Origin: Blepharisma stoltei ATCC 30299
Taxonomy: Eukaryota > Protista > Ciliophora
Reading direction: 5' to 3'
Length of the DNA stretch: 64,000 nucleotides
Assembly: GCA_965603825.1 (NCBI GenBank)
Contig: CBFDEM010000032.1
Coordinates: forward strand, 372,001 to 436,000
In this document: in pieces, positions 37,519 through 48,205 of the stretch
Layout of the letters: each line of letters begins with the position of its first letter
Numbering within the stretch: position 1 is the stretch's first letter
Notes under the pieces: generated by a model
The model's input: the letters and a program-made list of their open reading frames with translations, nothing else
Databases searched by the model: none
Told to the model about the DNA's origin: nothing
Translations under genes and position numbers: made by a program

Positions 37519-37589
37519 GGTTCTATGGTGTAGTGGTAGCACGTAGGACTTTGAATCCTGAGATCTGAGTTCAATTCTCAGTAGAACCA
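37519..37589 (+). tRNA. tRNA-Gln (anticodon TTG at 37551-37553)
   Basis: Cloverleaf GGTTCTA/TAGAACC acceptor, GTGT/GCAC D-stem, TAGGA-CTTTGAA-TCCTG, CTGAG-TTCAATT-CTCAG; followed by a T-run. Confidence 0.95.
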
Positions 37590-37596
37590 TTTTTTC
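37590..37596 (+). terminator. Pol III oligo-T terminator of tRNA-Gln
   Basis: T-run immediately after the tRNA 3' end. Confidence 0.7.
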
Positions 37597-37855
37597 TTTA
37601 TTTTGTGATATAATTTTACGATTTAGTAATTTTTATTTTGTCCTATTTAGAACTTAATTATTAAGAAAATTATATATTTCCTTATTAAAATAGGGCTAAG
37701 TATCAATTTAGCACATACTTTGACAGTTAAAAGAATAATTTAAAAAGCATGGTATGCTGTATTTCGAATATAAGCAAACTATTGGGTAGCAATTTAAGCG
37801 AAATAAATTAAAATTAATTGATTTATTATTTAAAAAATAATTCATATATAGCAAG

Positions 37856-38521
37856 CTACTGCTTTATAGAATGATCTGGAATTATTGTACTTTGAGTTGA
37901 TCCACTATTAAAGCTCTGCATTTCTTGGGAGAATAGCTGAATTTTAATCATTTCTTTTTGCTTATCTTTTGCTATAAATTGTTGTGAAAGCCTTACGTTT
38001 TTTTGAGCCCTTATGGGTTTCATACTGACATCAAAAGCCTTTACAAAAGTTCCTGTACTTCCATACCTTCGATGAATACTTTCGACCTCATCATTTGCAT
38101 TTAATTTTTTATTTAGCTTTAAAACATTTGAATTTCCTGAGTTTTTTATTTCACTGGTTCATTCTCTGCAATCAGTGACATTTTTTGAAATAAATTTTTT
38201 ATTAGCTCTCTCAGGGAGAAGATTCTTAGAAAATGTTTTATTTTGTAAATCATGGCATTTTACCCTTCTATCATTGAATAATTTATCTTTTGATTCTGCT
38301 AGATCAGTCTGGCTATTATATTTTGGATTAAATATATTATAAGTTGATTCTGACTCTCTAATTTTCTCAGTTTGCAGATCAGCCGTTTTCCATTGCTTTG
38401 CAGATCGAGTTGGAGCCCAAATTGCCATTCTCTTTTTCTTAGCATGAAAATTTTTGGATGTTTGAGATTTATTCAATGCAATTTGCCCGCTTTGGAATTC
38501 CTTTATTTGAGCAGATCCCAT
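37856..38521 (-). CDS. Hypothetical basic protein
   Basis: ORF 38159-38590 extends via TGA=W to TAG 37856; start at MGSAQ (38521) preferred, 38590 possible. Confidence 0.6.
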
Positions 38522-39032
38522 GGTTAAAATTTCTATTAAAAGGAAACAAAATAATGGAAGATAAATATTCATTACTGCTATGCTCATCATTTATTAAAAA
38601 CCTTATGAGAATTCAAAACTTAGCAAATTTATTTTTGTTTATATATAGATATTTGAAACGACATATTTAAAATTTATATATGCTACTCTTCAGGAAGCTT
38701 GCTTTAATAAGTTATAGATAAAGAATTTGGATAAATAAAGATAAACTACAAATTGTGAGATCTTTTTTATTTTTAATGCGATTGGGCTAATGATAAAAGT
38801 CTTACTAGTAGTCTTGCAGAGCATCAGAGCTAGGTGATCATGGTGTCTGAAGTTTATTACATTTTAAAAATTTATTTTCCAATATTTAGCCATTTGCATG
38901 ATTTTAATAATATTTATGACTCAAGCTGATTTTAAATTTTCATGATTATTAGATTGCTTCACAGTCAATGATTTATTATTTTCTTGGAATAAAAAAATAA
39001 TTCGCTTTGTTCATATTTAATATTATATAGGC

Positions 39033-39461
39033 ATGGAGGAAGTAAATCCTTTATCAACGCAATATCTATCCCAAGCCCAGCCTGATATCAAGAAATTTAT
39101 TAAGCACATGCACAAAAAAATCGATGAAATCCAATCGCAAATGCACGAGTCCAAACAAAATTATGAACAATTGCGAAGCGAAGCAAAAGCAATGGAATCA
39201 CAAAACCTCAGAGACTCTAACGACATAACAGATAGAATTCTCGATGAACTGGACAGAATCGAGCAGGAATTTAAAAAGCAAGTTGGCGAATCGAAAACTG
39301 AGGCAGGTTTTTTAAAGCAGCAATTGGCTAGTGTAACCCAAGAAAAAATGAAATTGGAGCAAAACTCTTTGCTGCTGGCTACTAGAGTAGGAGAAGCAGA
39401 AAAAGTTATTGGGATCGAATTGATGCTTCCTCATATTGACGATCATAGAGGCTACGAATAG
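39033..39461 (+). CDS. Small coiled-coil protein
   Basis: 142-aa E/K/Q-rich heptad ORF. Confidence 0.75.
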   Translation: MEEVNPLSTQYLSQAQPDIKKFIKHMHKKIDEIQSQMHESKQNYEQLRSEAKAMESQNLRDSNDITDRILDELDRIEQEFKKQVGESKTEAGFLKQQLASVTQEKMKLEQNSLLLATRVGEAEKVIGIELMLPHIDDHRGYE

Positions 39462-39494
39462 TTGGAAATATTATAGATTTAAATAAGGAATTAC

Positions 39495-40178
39495 TTAATC
39501 GGAAAATCTAAACCGGTTTTTATCGTACAAATGTCTTTCAACACACATAGGCCTGATTAAATGTGAAACCTCCTCTTTTTCTACGACAGTTTTGTATTTC
39601 GAGTCATTTAAAGTGCTAATTATTTTTTCTCTGGCTGCAGGAGGTTTCGGGTTGGCTTTTTTCTCTTTTTTTATTTCTTTTCAGCTCTCTCTGCTCGTTT
39701 TTGAGTTTTCAAATCGGTTATTCTTATAATTTTCAAGCTCATATTTTATATTTTTCATAGGAACGTTATACACTTCAATAGATTCATTGATTTCAACCAA
39801 GCGATCGTGGTTTCCTTTTTTATCGTAATAATCTGCAAACACTTGATTTGGGTAGATTTGAGGTGCCTTAACTATTTGTTTTCCTTCCAGATGTTTCAAT
39901 AGATTTCTTAGAGATTTTTCTGAAGATGTTTTACGATGCTTTACACTTGAATTTTTAGGTTTATCAGGAGAAGCTCTTGGCCGATAAGTAAGTGAGCCGT
40001 GGCTAAATGCTCTGGGATGATAAGGTTTCGGCCTATTTGAACTTGATTGAGACGAAACTAAAGAATTCAAGTATGGGCTATTTGTAAAAGATGATTTGCT
40101 TTTATGACTATTATAATGGCTTGAAGATGAGCTCTCAGAAAGCAAGCTTTTCAGAAATTTCGGTAAATTGTTACTCAT
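39495..40178 (-). CDS. Hypothetical S/K-rich protein
   Basis: TGA=W at 39681 extends frame to TAA 39495. Confidence 0.65.
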
Positions 40179-40322
40179 GTATATAAATTTAATTAAATAT
40201 TCTAAGAATAAATAATGACTGAAAACGTTGAAATAACGAGTGACTATTATTTATTAGTTTTTTACAAAATTCGTGGAAAATTATTATAAATTACTTATTT
40301 TAAAATTGGGCTATAAACTTTA

Positions 40323-43300
40323 ATGGATTTTAGAAGACCTATGAATTTCAGAGAAGTCGCTCAGTCATCAGGTGGCTTTAAAGCAACGCCACCTATAGGT
40401 GCAAGGCCGTTTAACTCTAATTCAAGAGATTTTACTGCAAGAAATGACCAGCCAAATGAGAAAAATCGAAGTCCAGGTGGATTTAATCAAATGCCACGCT
40501 CTCAAAATCAGGGGTTTGGAGGTTTTTCTAATCCTACACAAGGAGGATTTATTCCTCAGTCTCAATATTTTCAAAATGGGCAGAACAGAAACCTTTTCCA
40601 GCAAAATGCAGATCAAATGGAGACTGAGCCACAAAATCCTGGTACAAAATTTCAAAAACATCAGAAAAATAAGCCCCAAGTAAAATCTATTAATTTTAGA
40701 CCCCAATCTCAGACACAAGGTGGCTTCACGAGTGCAATTCCCACAAATGATACCTTTAGGCCAGTGCCTTTTGGTGCGGATAGTTTTTCAGCAAATAATC
40801 AAATGAGTAGCCAAAAAAAGTCACAAGGAGGCTTTAAGTCAGTCTCACAAGTCGCTCAGCAGCCATTCGGAGAAATGAGGGGACAACAAAAAAACCAAAG
40901 AAATGAAAATCCTAGAAAAGCTTTTAACCAGCCTGAAGGAGCCTTTCAAGGGGGTTTTAGATCTGGGGTTCCAAATAGGAAAGATGCTTTTCAAGAAAGA
41001 ATGGAAGAAGATCGCGAAATTTCTGATATACAAGAGCCTAAAAGAGTGAAAAATGATTTTAAAAACAATAAGCCAGAAAATAAAAACAATGAAGGTTTTG
41101 GGTTCAAAAAATTCCTCAAACCTCGAATAAAGCAAGAGCCTGATGAAGAGGAAGAAGAAGAGGAGAGACCAGTCAAAACGGAAAATAGAAAAAAGATATT
41201 TCGAGAAAATATAAAAAGAGAAGAAAGGCCAATAATGCCAAGAAGACAGATAAAAAAGGAAGAAATTGATGAAGATAAAGAAGAAATCGATACAAGTAAT
41301 GAAGAAATAAAAAGCCGAAATAAAGCATTGGCTACTTTTAGAAGACTTAAGAATAAACCAAAAACTGAAGAAATTATTATTCAGGAAAAAGCTGTACGAA
41401 ATAGTCAAAAGCCAGAAAAACCTAAAAAATTAGAAGTAGAAGAAAAGCCAAAAAAAATAAAGATTGCACCTCAGCGAAACATGAATGAAGGAGGAATTTT
41501 TATGTGTAGCGCTGAAGAAGCGAATCAAAGAGAGCAAGCTCATACGATTCACTTATTTGAAATGGCTCCTGGACTTGATCTAACAATAGATCCTCCAAGT
41601 GTTCATTTGCCTTGGACAGTTAAAGAGTACCTACGAGCAAACTCAGGCTTATCTGAAAGTGTTAGGAATGAAGAAGCCTTAGGAAAAGTGCTTGATTATT
41701 TATTTACAAATATTTTAGACGTTGATACAAATGGCAACCCATTAAATTACACATACCCTCCTAACAGCTCTTCTCATTCTTTTAAAGAAATTTACGAGTT
41801 CATAAGCGACCGTTCAAGAGCAGTTGCAAAAGACTATAGAATTTTAGACACTATTGGCAGTGATAGTTTTATACGAGATCATGAGCGCATTGCAAGATTC
41901 TTCATCATGTCTTGTTCAGAAGGATTTAATTCCCCTGATTTTGACCTCAAGCTCAATATGGACAGGGCCAGAGACATCCTCACCTCTCTTATGAAAGCCT
42001 ACAAAAAGAAAAGGAGCCAGCACATCTCATGTGAAAACGAAGCTGAGTTTATGACCTATTTAATGGTTTTAAACTTATCAAAATATATAGAAGTAATTGC
42101 TTTGCTTAAAGAGGCTACAAATAAAATCAGAAAACAGCCAATTTTCCAGATAGGGCTTAAAATCTGCATGGCTTATTATACAAATAACTACTGCGAGTAT
42201 TTTGAATTGATGAAAAATGCGCCTTATTTAGTTACCTGTGTAGCTTATGCTTCTATAGATAATATGAGGATAACCGCATTAGAAATGATGCAAAACTGCA
42301 GTAAAGAAATTAGTATTGAAGATATGACAAAATATTTGTGGTTTTCTGATGAAGAAGAAACAATTGAATATTTGGAGCATAGGGGGATTGTGGTGGATTA
42401 TGATAATGGAAGTGAACTGGATTTAAAAGATGTAGAAATCACGGAAACTGCGTTTAGACCTACGCAAGAACAGAAAAATATTGCGGAAAGAAGAAATGAA
42501 ATGTTTTCATCGAGGCTAGAAATAATTGAAAATTCTGAGATTAGGGTGCAAGGGCGCCAAGAAGATACTGAAGAAGATGAAGAAGAGGAAGAAGAAGAAG
42601 AAGAAGGAGAAGAAGAAGAAGAAGAAGTAAAAGAAGAAATTGAGGAGCCGAAAACAATAAAAACAGTGACCTCACCTCGAGAAATTCCTGCTAAAGCCCC
42701 AGTGTTAGAAAAGAAAGAATCAATAATTCATGCTGAGCCTTCAAATTTGCTAAGAAACGCAGCATCTACAACTGAAGCTGCTGCTAAAAGTATTGAAATA
42801 CCTAAGCTGGTATTTAGAGTTCCTGAAGTCCCGGTTAATCTGCCTTTCTCTCAGCCTCCTTTATTTTCAACTCCTCTTCAGCTTCCAATTTCAACTACAC
42901 CACTAGTATCAGAGATCAAAGCTACACCAATTTCTCAGCAAACTTTTGTACCTAAATTAAGCTCCTCTGAAAACACTGAGTCTTTTCCAATCCTTCCCAA
43001 AAAGCACTCCAGAACTTGGAAATTCCCACAAACCAGCGAGGAAATTTTAAGTCTCTGCGAAAGCAAAGAAGAAAAAGAAGAATTCAAAAGAGAAATAAAA
43101 GAATTCCGAAAAAACAAAAAAATAAAAAAAATGATAAGAGAAAAGCAAGCCTTTGTAGCAAGACTGTTACTGAGATTTGTGCATTGGAAAAGATATGTTA
43201 GGATGAAGAAATTCAAGATTTATGTAAAAGAAAGAATGGAAGAAGAGAAGAACAGATTTTTATCACAGTTTTCAAAATGTGTTATAGATGATACCCAAGC

Positions 43301-43361
43301 GATGCTTAGATATAGCGAAATGAAGAGGAGAAAGTTGGACACAACACAAATGGTAATATAA
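40323..43361 (+). CDS. SAC3: SAC3/GANP family (TREX-2 mRNA export scaffold)
   Basis: N-terminal Q/N-rich GGF repeats; SAC3_GANP motifs IYEFISDRSRAV, HERIARFFI, ENEAEF..Y; acidic tract; C-terminal CID-like helix (FVHWKRY). Confidence 0.82.
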   Translation: MDFRRPMNFREVAQSSGGFKATPPIGARPFNSNSRDFTARNDQPNEKNRSPGGFNQMPRSQNQGFGGFSNPTQGGFIPQSQYFQNGQNRNLFQQNADQMETEPQNPGTKFQKHQKNKPQVKSINFRPQSQTQGGFTSAIPTNDTFRPVPFGADSFSANNQMSSQKKSQGGFKSVSQVAQQPFGEMRGQQKNQRNENPRKAFNQPEGAFQGGFRSGVPNRKDAFQERMEEDREISDIQEPKRVKNDFKNNKPENKNNEGFGFKKFLKPRIKQEPDEEEEEEERPVKTENRKKIFRENIKREERPIMPRRQIKKEEIDEDKEEIDTSNEEIKSRNKALATFRRLKNKPKTEEIIIQEKAVRNSQKPEKPKKLEVEEKPKKIKIAPQRNMNEGGIFMCSAEEANQREQAHTIHLFEMAPGLDLTIDPPSVHLPWTVKEYLRANSGLSESVRNEEALGKVLDYLFTNILDVDTNGNPLNYTYPPNSSSHSFKEIYEFISDRSRAVAKDYRILDTIGSDSFIRDHERIARFFIMSCSEGFNSPDFDLKLNMDRARDILTSLMKAYKKKRSQHISCENEAEFMTYLMVLNLSKYIEVIALLKEATNKIRKQPIFQIGLKICMAYYTNNYCEYFELMKNAPYLVTCVAYASIDNMRITALEMMQNCSKEISIEDMTKYLWFSDEEETIEYLEHRGIVVDYDNGSELDLKDVEITETAFRPTQEQKNIAERRNEMFSSRLEIIENSEIRVQGRQEDTEEDEEEEEEEEEGEEEEEEVKEEIEEPKTIKTVTSPREIPAKAPVLEKKESIIHAEPSNLLRNAASTTEAAAKSIEIPKLVFRVPEVPVNLPFSQPPLFSTPLQLPISTTPLVSEIKATPISQQTFVPKLSSSENTESFPILPKKHSRTWKFPQTSEEILSLCESKEEKEEFKREIKEFRKNKKIKKMIREKQAFVARLLLRFVHWKRYVRMKKFKIYVKERMEEEKNRFLSQFSKCVIDDTQAMLRYSEMKRRKLDTTQMVI

Positions 43362-43382
43362 TTTAAATTCCCAATAATTTAG

Positions 43383-44567
43383 TTAGTCAAGCTCATCAAG
43401 CTCTTCTTGGTGTCGTTTTATCATGTCTTCTATTGTTTCCTCATTAATAACAGGAGGAATTTCCTGTAAATTATCTTCCAAGGATTTGTTTTTATACGGG
43501 CATTCTTCAACTTCTTCAATTATAATTTTGTTGAATTCTTGTGGTCTATTTTCTTCCTTGTTGTTTTGAGCATTTAAAAGATTTTCAATGTAGTTTTCTT
43601 CTTTTTCTTTAAATTCTTCAGGCTTCACTATTTTCACTTCTTCTAAATCAGGGAGTTGTATATCATTCTGACTTTTGTCGCCGATATATGATACTTCCGT
43701 TGCTTCACTAGAAGAATTCCACTCATCAGATGATCCTTCACTGATTGTTGTGCTGCCATTGGTTTTATTTTCTTCTCTACCCAATCGATCATTTCTATGC
43801 TTCATTGCAATTTCTCTAAATCTGTGATGCTCCAGCATTCTTTTTTCTTCTACTTCTTTTTCATATTGTCTTCTTTCTTCTCTTTCTGCCTGAATTCCTC
43901 CTCTTAGGAATGCCATTGCAAATCTTCTGTCTTCGTCAAAAACAGGTCTATCATCTAAATATTTCAAGTTCGATAATTTTGCAATTAAAATTTTTCTATA
44001 ATTTTCAATTTTTCTGCACACAGGATTGCCGTGTAAATATAGAACACATAGCTGAGGCAGCTTTTCGAGGATTTCTGGAATAATTTCGACATCTGAAATT
44101 TTATTATCGCTCAGGTCAAGAATTTCAAGACTTTGAGCATCTAAAAGACCTTTTAAATCATCTATACCATTTACCCCAATTTGGTTGGCTTTTAAAGTGA
44201 GCGTGCTTAGCTTTTGAGTATTTGAAAGACCTTTAATAGAAGAAATAAAATTTTCTGCAAGATTCAAGGTATGGAGGTCAGTTAAAGTATCAAGACCTGA
44301 AATTTCTTCTATGCAATTTTGTTGCAAATAAATGCATCTTAATTTTTGGCAGCTTTCCAGTCCTTGGATATGCTTAATGGAATTTCCCTCCATGTAAAGA
44401 ACTTTTAACCCAGTAAATTCATCAAGATTTTCAATTTGATGGAAGCCTTTATAATGAAGATATAACCTATCATTGAGATATCTGGTATTATAGTAAATTC
44501 GTACATCACTGCCTAGTAGCTGATTCAGAAATTTATTTGAAATTCTTGGAAAATCATCGACAATCAT
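43383..44567 (-). CDS. DNAAF1: Dynein axonemal assembly factor 1 (LRRC50/ODA7)
   Basis: LNDRLYLHYKGF..IENLDEFTGLK, SDS22-type LRRs, LKYLDDRPVFDEDRR.A.AF.RGG..AEREER. Confidence 0.9.
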   Translation of the reverse strand: MIVDDFPRISNKFLNQLLGSDVRIYYNTRYLNDRLYLHYKGFHQIENLDEFTGLKVLYMEGNSIKHIQGLESCQKLRCIYLQQNCIEEISGLDTLTDLHTLNLAENFISSIKGLSNTQKLSTLTLKANQIGVNGIDDLKGLLDAQSLEILDLSDNKISDVEIIPEILEKLPQLCVLYLHGNPVCRKIENYRKILIAKLSNLKYLDDRPVFDEDRRFAMAFLRGGIQAEREERRQYEKEVEEKRMLEHHRFREIAMKHRNDRLGREENKTNGSTTISEGSSDEWNSSSEATEVSYIGDKSQNDIQLPDLEEVKIVKPEEFKEKEENYIENLLNAQNNKEENRPQEFNKIIIEEVEECPYKNKSLEDNLQEIPPVINEETIEDMIKRHQEELDELD

Positions 44568-44811
44568 TTTAGTCTAACAAAATTATAAAAATGCCCAGAG
44601 CATTTGTTAGATCAGCTCGGGACAAAAACCTATATATATCTGACTATTTAAAGAGAAATGCTAAAAATATCCATAAAAGAATTCAAGTATCAAAAGTTTA
44701 TTGTTTTTGTATCAAAGTCCCAATAAAATTCCTTAATTTCCAATAAAACAGTTTCAATTTAACTCAAAAAGTAAAAATGCTTTTAGAGATCTTCATAATT
44801 GATATTTAAAT

Positions 44812-46917
44812 ATGAAAAAGGAAGAACTTAAGAAAAACACTAGAATCCTTAAAGGCAAAGAAACTAGCAGAGAGTGCCTACTAGAAATCACCAATTCTTC
44901 AATAGATCACCGACAACCTTTAAAGAAACGTTCAAAAAGCTTTAAATGTCCCAATTATTTTCAAATGATCCCCAATGACCTAATGATTTGTATTTTTGGC
45001 TTTTTTTCAGCAAGTGAACTTATAACAGAAATTCAGCTGGTTTGCAAAGATTGAAGATACTTAGCAAATTCCCCTATACTCTGAAAAGAATTAAGCTCAG
45101 CCAACGTAGAATTGAAATGGCTCGTAAGGTGTGTTGAATGCCTAGCTGAAAGAAGATCTAAAGGAAGAATCTACAAAGGCTACTTAAGAAGCACAGAAGC
45201 ACCTGTGATTCTAAGAAAAGTAAACCTCGACGTTACAAATGCCGGCTTTGATGATGGCGTTCCTACTTCTTTATTAAGAGAAATAGGCTATTTATCAGAA
45301 TTCTCTCATCCTGGCATCGTAAAAATTCTTGGTTCCGAAGTGATCAAAAAAACGGTTTACACTTGTACAGAACAGTGCACCTACAATTTAAAAGAGTTCA
45401 TAAAATTCTATGAAACAGGAAATTGCAGAAATATTCCTTTGCCAATGATAAAATCTTTATCCAAACAAATGTTTGAAGCTTTAGCATACATTCATGATAA
45501 AGGGGTTATACATAGGAATTTAAAGCCAGATAATATATTGATAACTGATTCAGGGCAGCTGAAAATCACTGATTTCACACTGTCAAGATTAGCATCAATT
45601 CCACATTATATGTACACACCTGAAGATCCTAAAGAAAGGAACCGCTCTGGTAGGGAAATTAGGAGGTTATGATATAGAGCTCCTGAATTACTATTAAGAT
45701 CTGATATTTATGGATTTGAGATCGATGTATGAAGTGTAGGTTGTTTAATTGCTGAATTAATTACAAAGATGCCACTATTTAATGGTGAAAGCGAAATTGA
45801 GCAGCTTTTTAAGATTTTCAAAGTGGCTGGAGTCAACGAAGATGAGGTTTCAACTCAGGCAAAATCTTTCCCAAAGTGGGAAAAAATTAATTTTTCTGAT
45901 GTTCTTGCTGAGCCAAACTCAGAAGAATTTAAAAGGATAATTTCTGCTTTGATACCAGCGCGTGAGCAAATATTTACAGTTCTAAGGCAAATAGGTGCTA
46001 TTATTGGAGCATCTGGATTAGATTTGCTGCAAAAATGCTTAGACCCAAACCCAAAAACAAGAATTACAGCTTCTCAAGCCCTTTGCCACCCATTTTTTGA
46101 CATAGAAATGAGCTCCCCTTCAGACTCTCTACAAAGTTATATTTCTCACCTTCTCTCTTTAGAGTCCCAAATTTCCCCAAGCCCAAAATATTTGATCATG
46201 CAAAAAGATATAAATGCGGCAATGAGAAGCATTTTAGTTGACTGATTAATAGATGTTGCAGTCCATTTTGAAGTAAATGATGAAACCTTGCATTTAGCTG
46301 TTAATTATATTGATAGGGTTTTAAGTGTTGCTAAAGTAGAAAGATCAAATTTACAGTTAGTTGGAGTCGCTTGTATGAAAATCGCTGATGTTTTTCATGA
46401 GAGATCTAAAGAATACTATAGACAGGAAAATTCAATAGAGTATGCCTATATTACTGCTGATGAGTTTACAGCTGCTCAGGTAGTGGAGATGGAAAAAGAA
46501 ATATTAAAAAGGATAAAATTTAGAGTTTTGGCTCCTACGACACTATTTTTTATTAAAGCTTATCAAGCTGAGCTGAACTTGGATCTAAGCACTTATAAAA
46601 TTGCTTTATTCCTTTCTGATCTTATGCTGCTTTCATATGAAAGTCTTAAATATAAGTACTCTTTGCTAGCCGCAGGAATTATTTATATAAGTTGCGCATT
46701 TACACAAGGATTTCCAGCACCTCAAAATGCTGATTTTTTTACGAATTTTCCAAGTTCAGACTTTAGCTCAGTCATTGAGTTTATTAAAAGTTTTTGGCTT
46801 GATGCAAAAACAAATCCCCAAATTTCAAGATTTGAAGCAATAAATCATAAGCATCAGGACATTAATCCTCGACAGCTTTGGCCACCGTCTACGCATTATC
46901 AAAATCGTTATTTTTAA
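44812..46917 (+). CDS. F-box / CDK-like pseudokinase / cyclin triple-fusion protein (701 aa)
   Basis: One frame once TGA at 45052, 45082, 45670, 45730, 46243 are read as Trp; each is a conserved Trp (F-box VCKDW and LW; LWYRAPE; DVWSVG; cyclin MRSILVDWL). Confidence 0.9.
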
Positions 46918-47062
46918 ATAAAAATGATTATAATTTTTTACATCAAGACTTTTTCACCCACTATTTTTGTAAAATAAAAATGCTCTAAACCCATAAAAGA
47001 GCAAACATTTCTATAATATAGCTAAGTATGCAATTTAAAACGCCAACCATTTTATAATAAGA

Positions 47063-48070
47063 ATGGGATGCTTCTTGGTAAAAGGGAAAAATCAATCGCA
47101 AAAAGTAACTCCATATACAACAGACCAATCATGTGTACATACAATCAACTCTGACTCTGAAACCGCAATGAAGATTCAGCAAGGCGGTCTTAGCGATAAT
47201 TATGAAATAATTAAGGAAGTGCAAAACGAGAATAATACAAAGACTTGGATTTGTAATTTCGTTCCTCAGGATACAATGAGATTTGTTAAGAGAATAAAAA
47301 AACAGACTAATCAGCCTATTGAGGCTAATTGTAAAGAAATAAACCAAGAAGTAGAAATTTGAAGGAGGATAAAGCACCCAAACGTCATAAAATGCTATGA
47401 AATTTTTGAAGATGATGCTAGCTTTTACATAGCTACTGAGTACTACGAGGACTCTCAAATTTTAGAGAACCTAATTGAGCAAAGACAGTTTACCGAATAC
47501 GAATGCTTATCAATCATAAAGCAACTTCTTACAGTCATTACCGTTTTACATAGTAAAAAAATAATCCATAGATCAATAAACCCTCGAAACATTATTTTAG
47601 ATAAAGATGGGCCAGTCATAAAACTCACTGGATTTGAAACAAGTTCAATATTAACAGGTCTAATACTCAAAACAGACAAACTCCGACGGTTTTCTCAAAC
47701 CTTATCCCTTTTCACCGATAAATACACATTTTCTTGGTATTCTGCCCCAGAATTCGATTCCAAAATGTATAATGAAAAATGTGACGAGTGAAGCTGCGGG
47801 ATTCTTCTTATCGCTCTTTTTACAGGAAAAGTGCTTCCCTTTGAAGATCTTCACAAGGAATTTAACACCTCAATTCTTTCTGGGTTGATCGAATTATTGA
47901 AAGAGCAGAAAATTCCAAAACTCGCAGCAGAGCTGATACGAGATCTAACTCAGTCAGACACTTTTGCGCGGATGTCTGCTGGAGTAGCACTCACTCACCC
48001 TTGGATCCAACAAAAAAAGAAATTAAAGCCAGTAATCATCATTTCTCCTTCCCAAGAAATCCAAACTTAG
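47063..48070 (+). CDS. CAMK/CDPK-like pseudokinase with N-acylation motif (335 aa)
   Basis: MGCF start; TGA=W at 47360 and 47789; HPNVIK, IIHRSINPRN, KLTGF, YSAPE, CDEWSCG. Confidence 0.82.
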
Positions 48071-48205
48071 CATTGTAAATATTAATCTATAATTAATTTA
48101 ATATAAACCTCCATCATTTCTATATAAAGCCTCTGCAATCTCACTTTTTCTTATATTTAAAGTTCTTTATTTTCCAGAAACACCCACTTTTAACAATATT
48201 TTAAA

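Noticed and set aside
42560-42640. GAA microsatellite-like repeat
   Set aside because: Simply encodes the poly-Glu tract of SAC3
40399-43216. Overlapping alternative-frame and antisense ORFs within SAC3 (and similar ones in RPC1, LRR and coiled-coil genes)
   Set aside because: Shadow ORFs from low-complexity, purine-rich coding strands; no recognisable motifs
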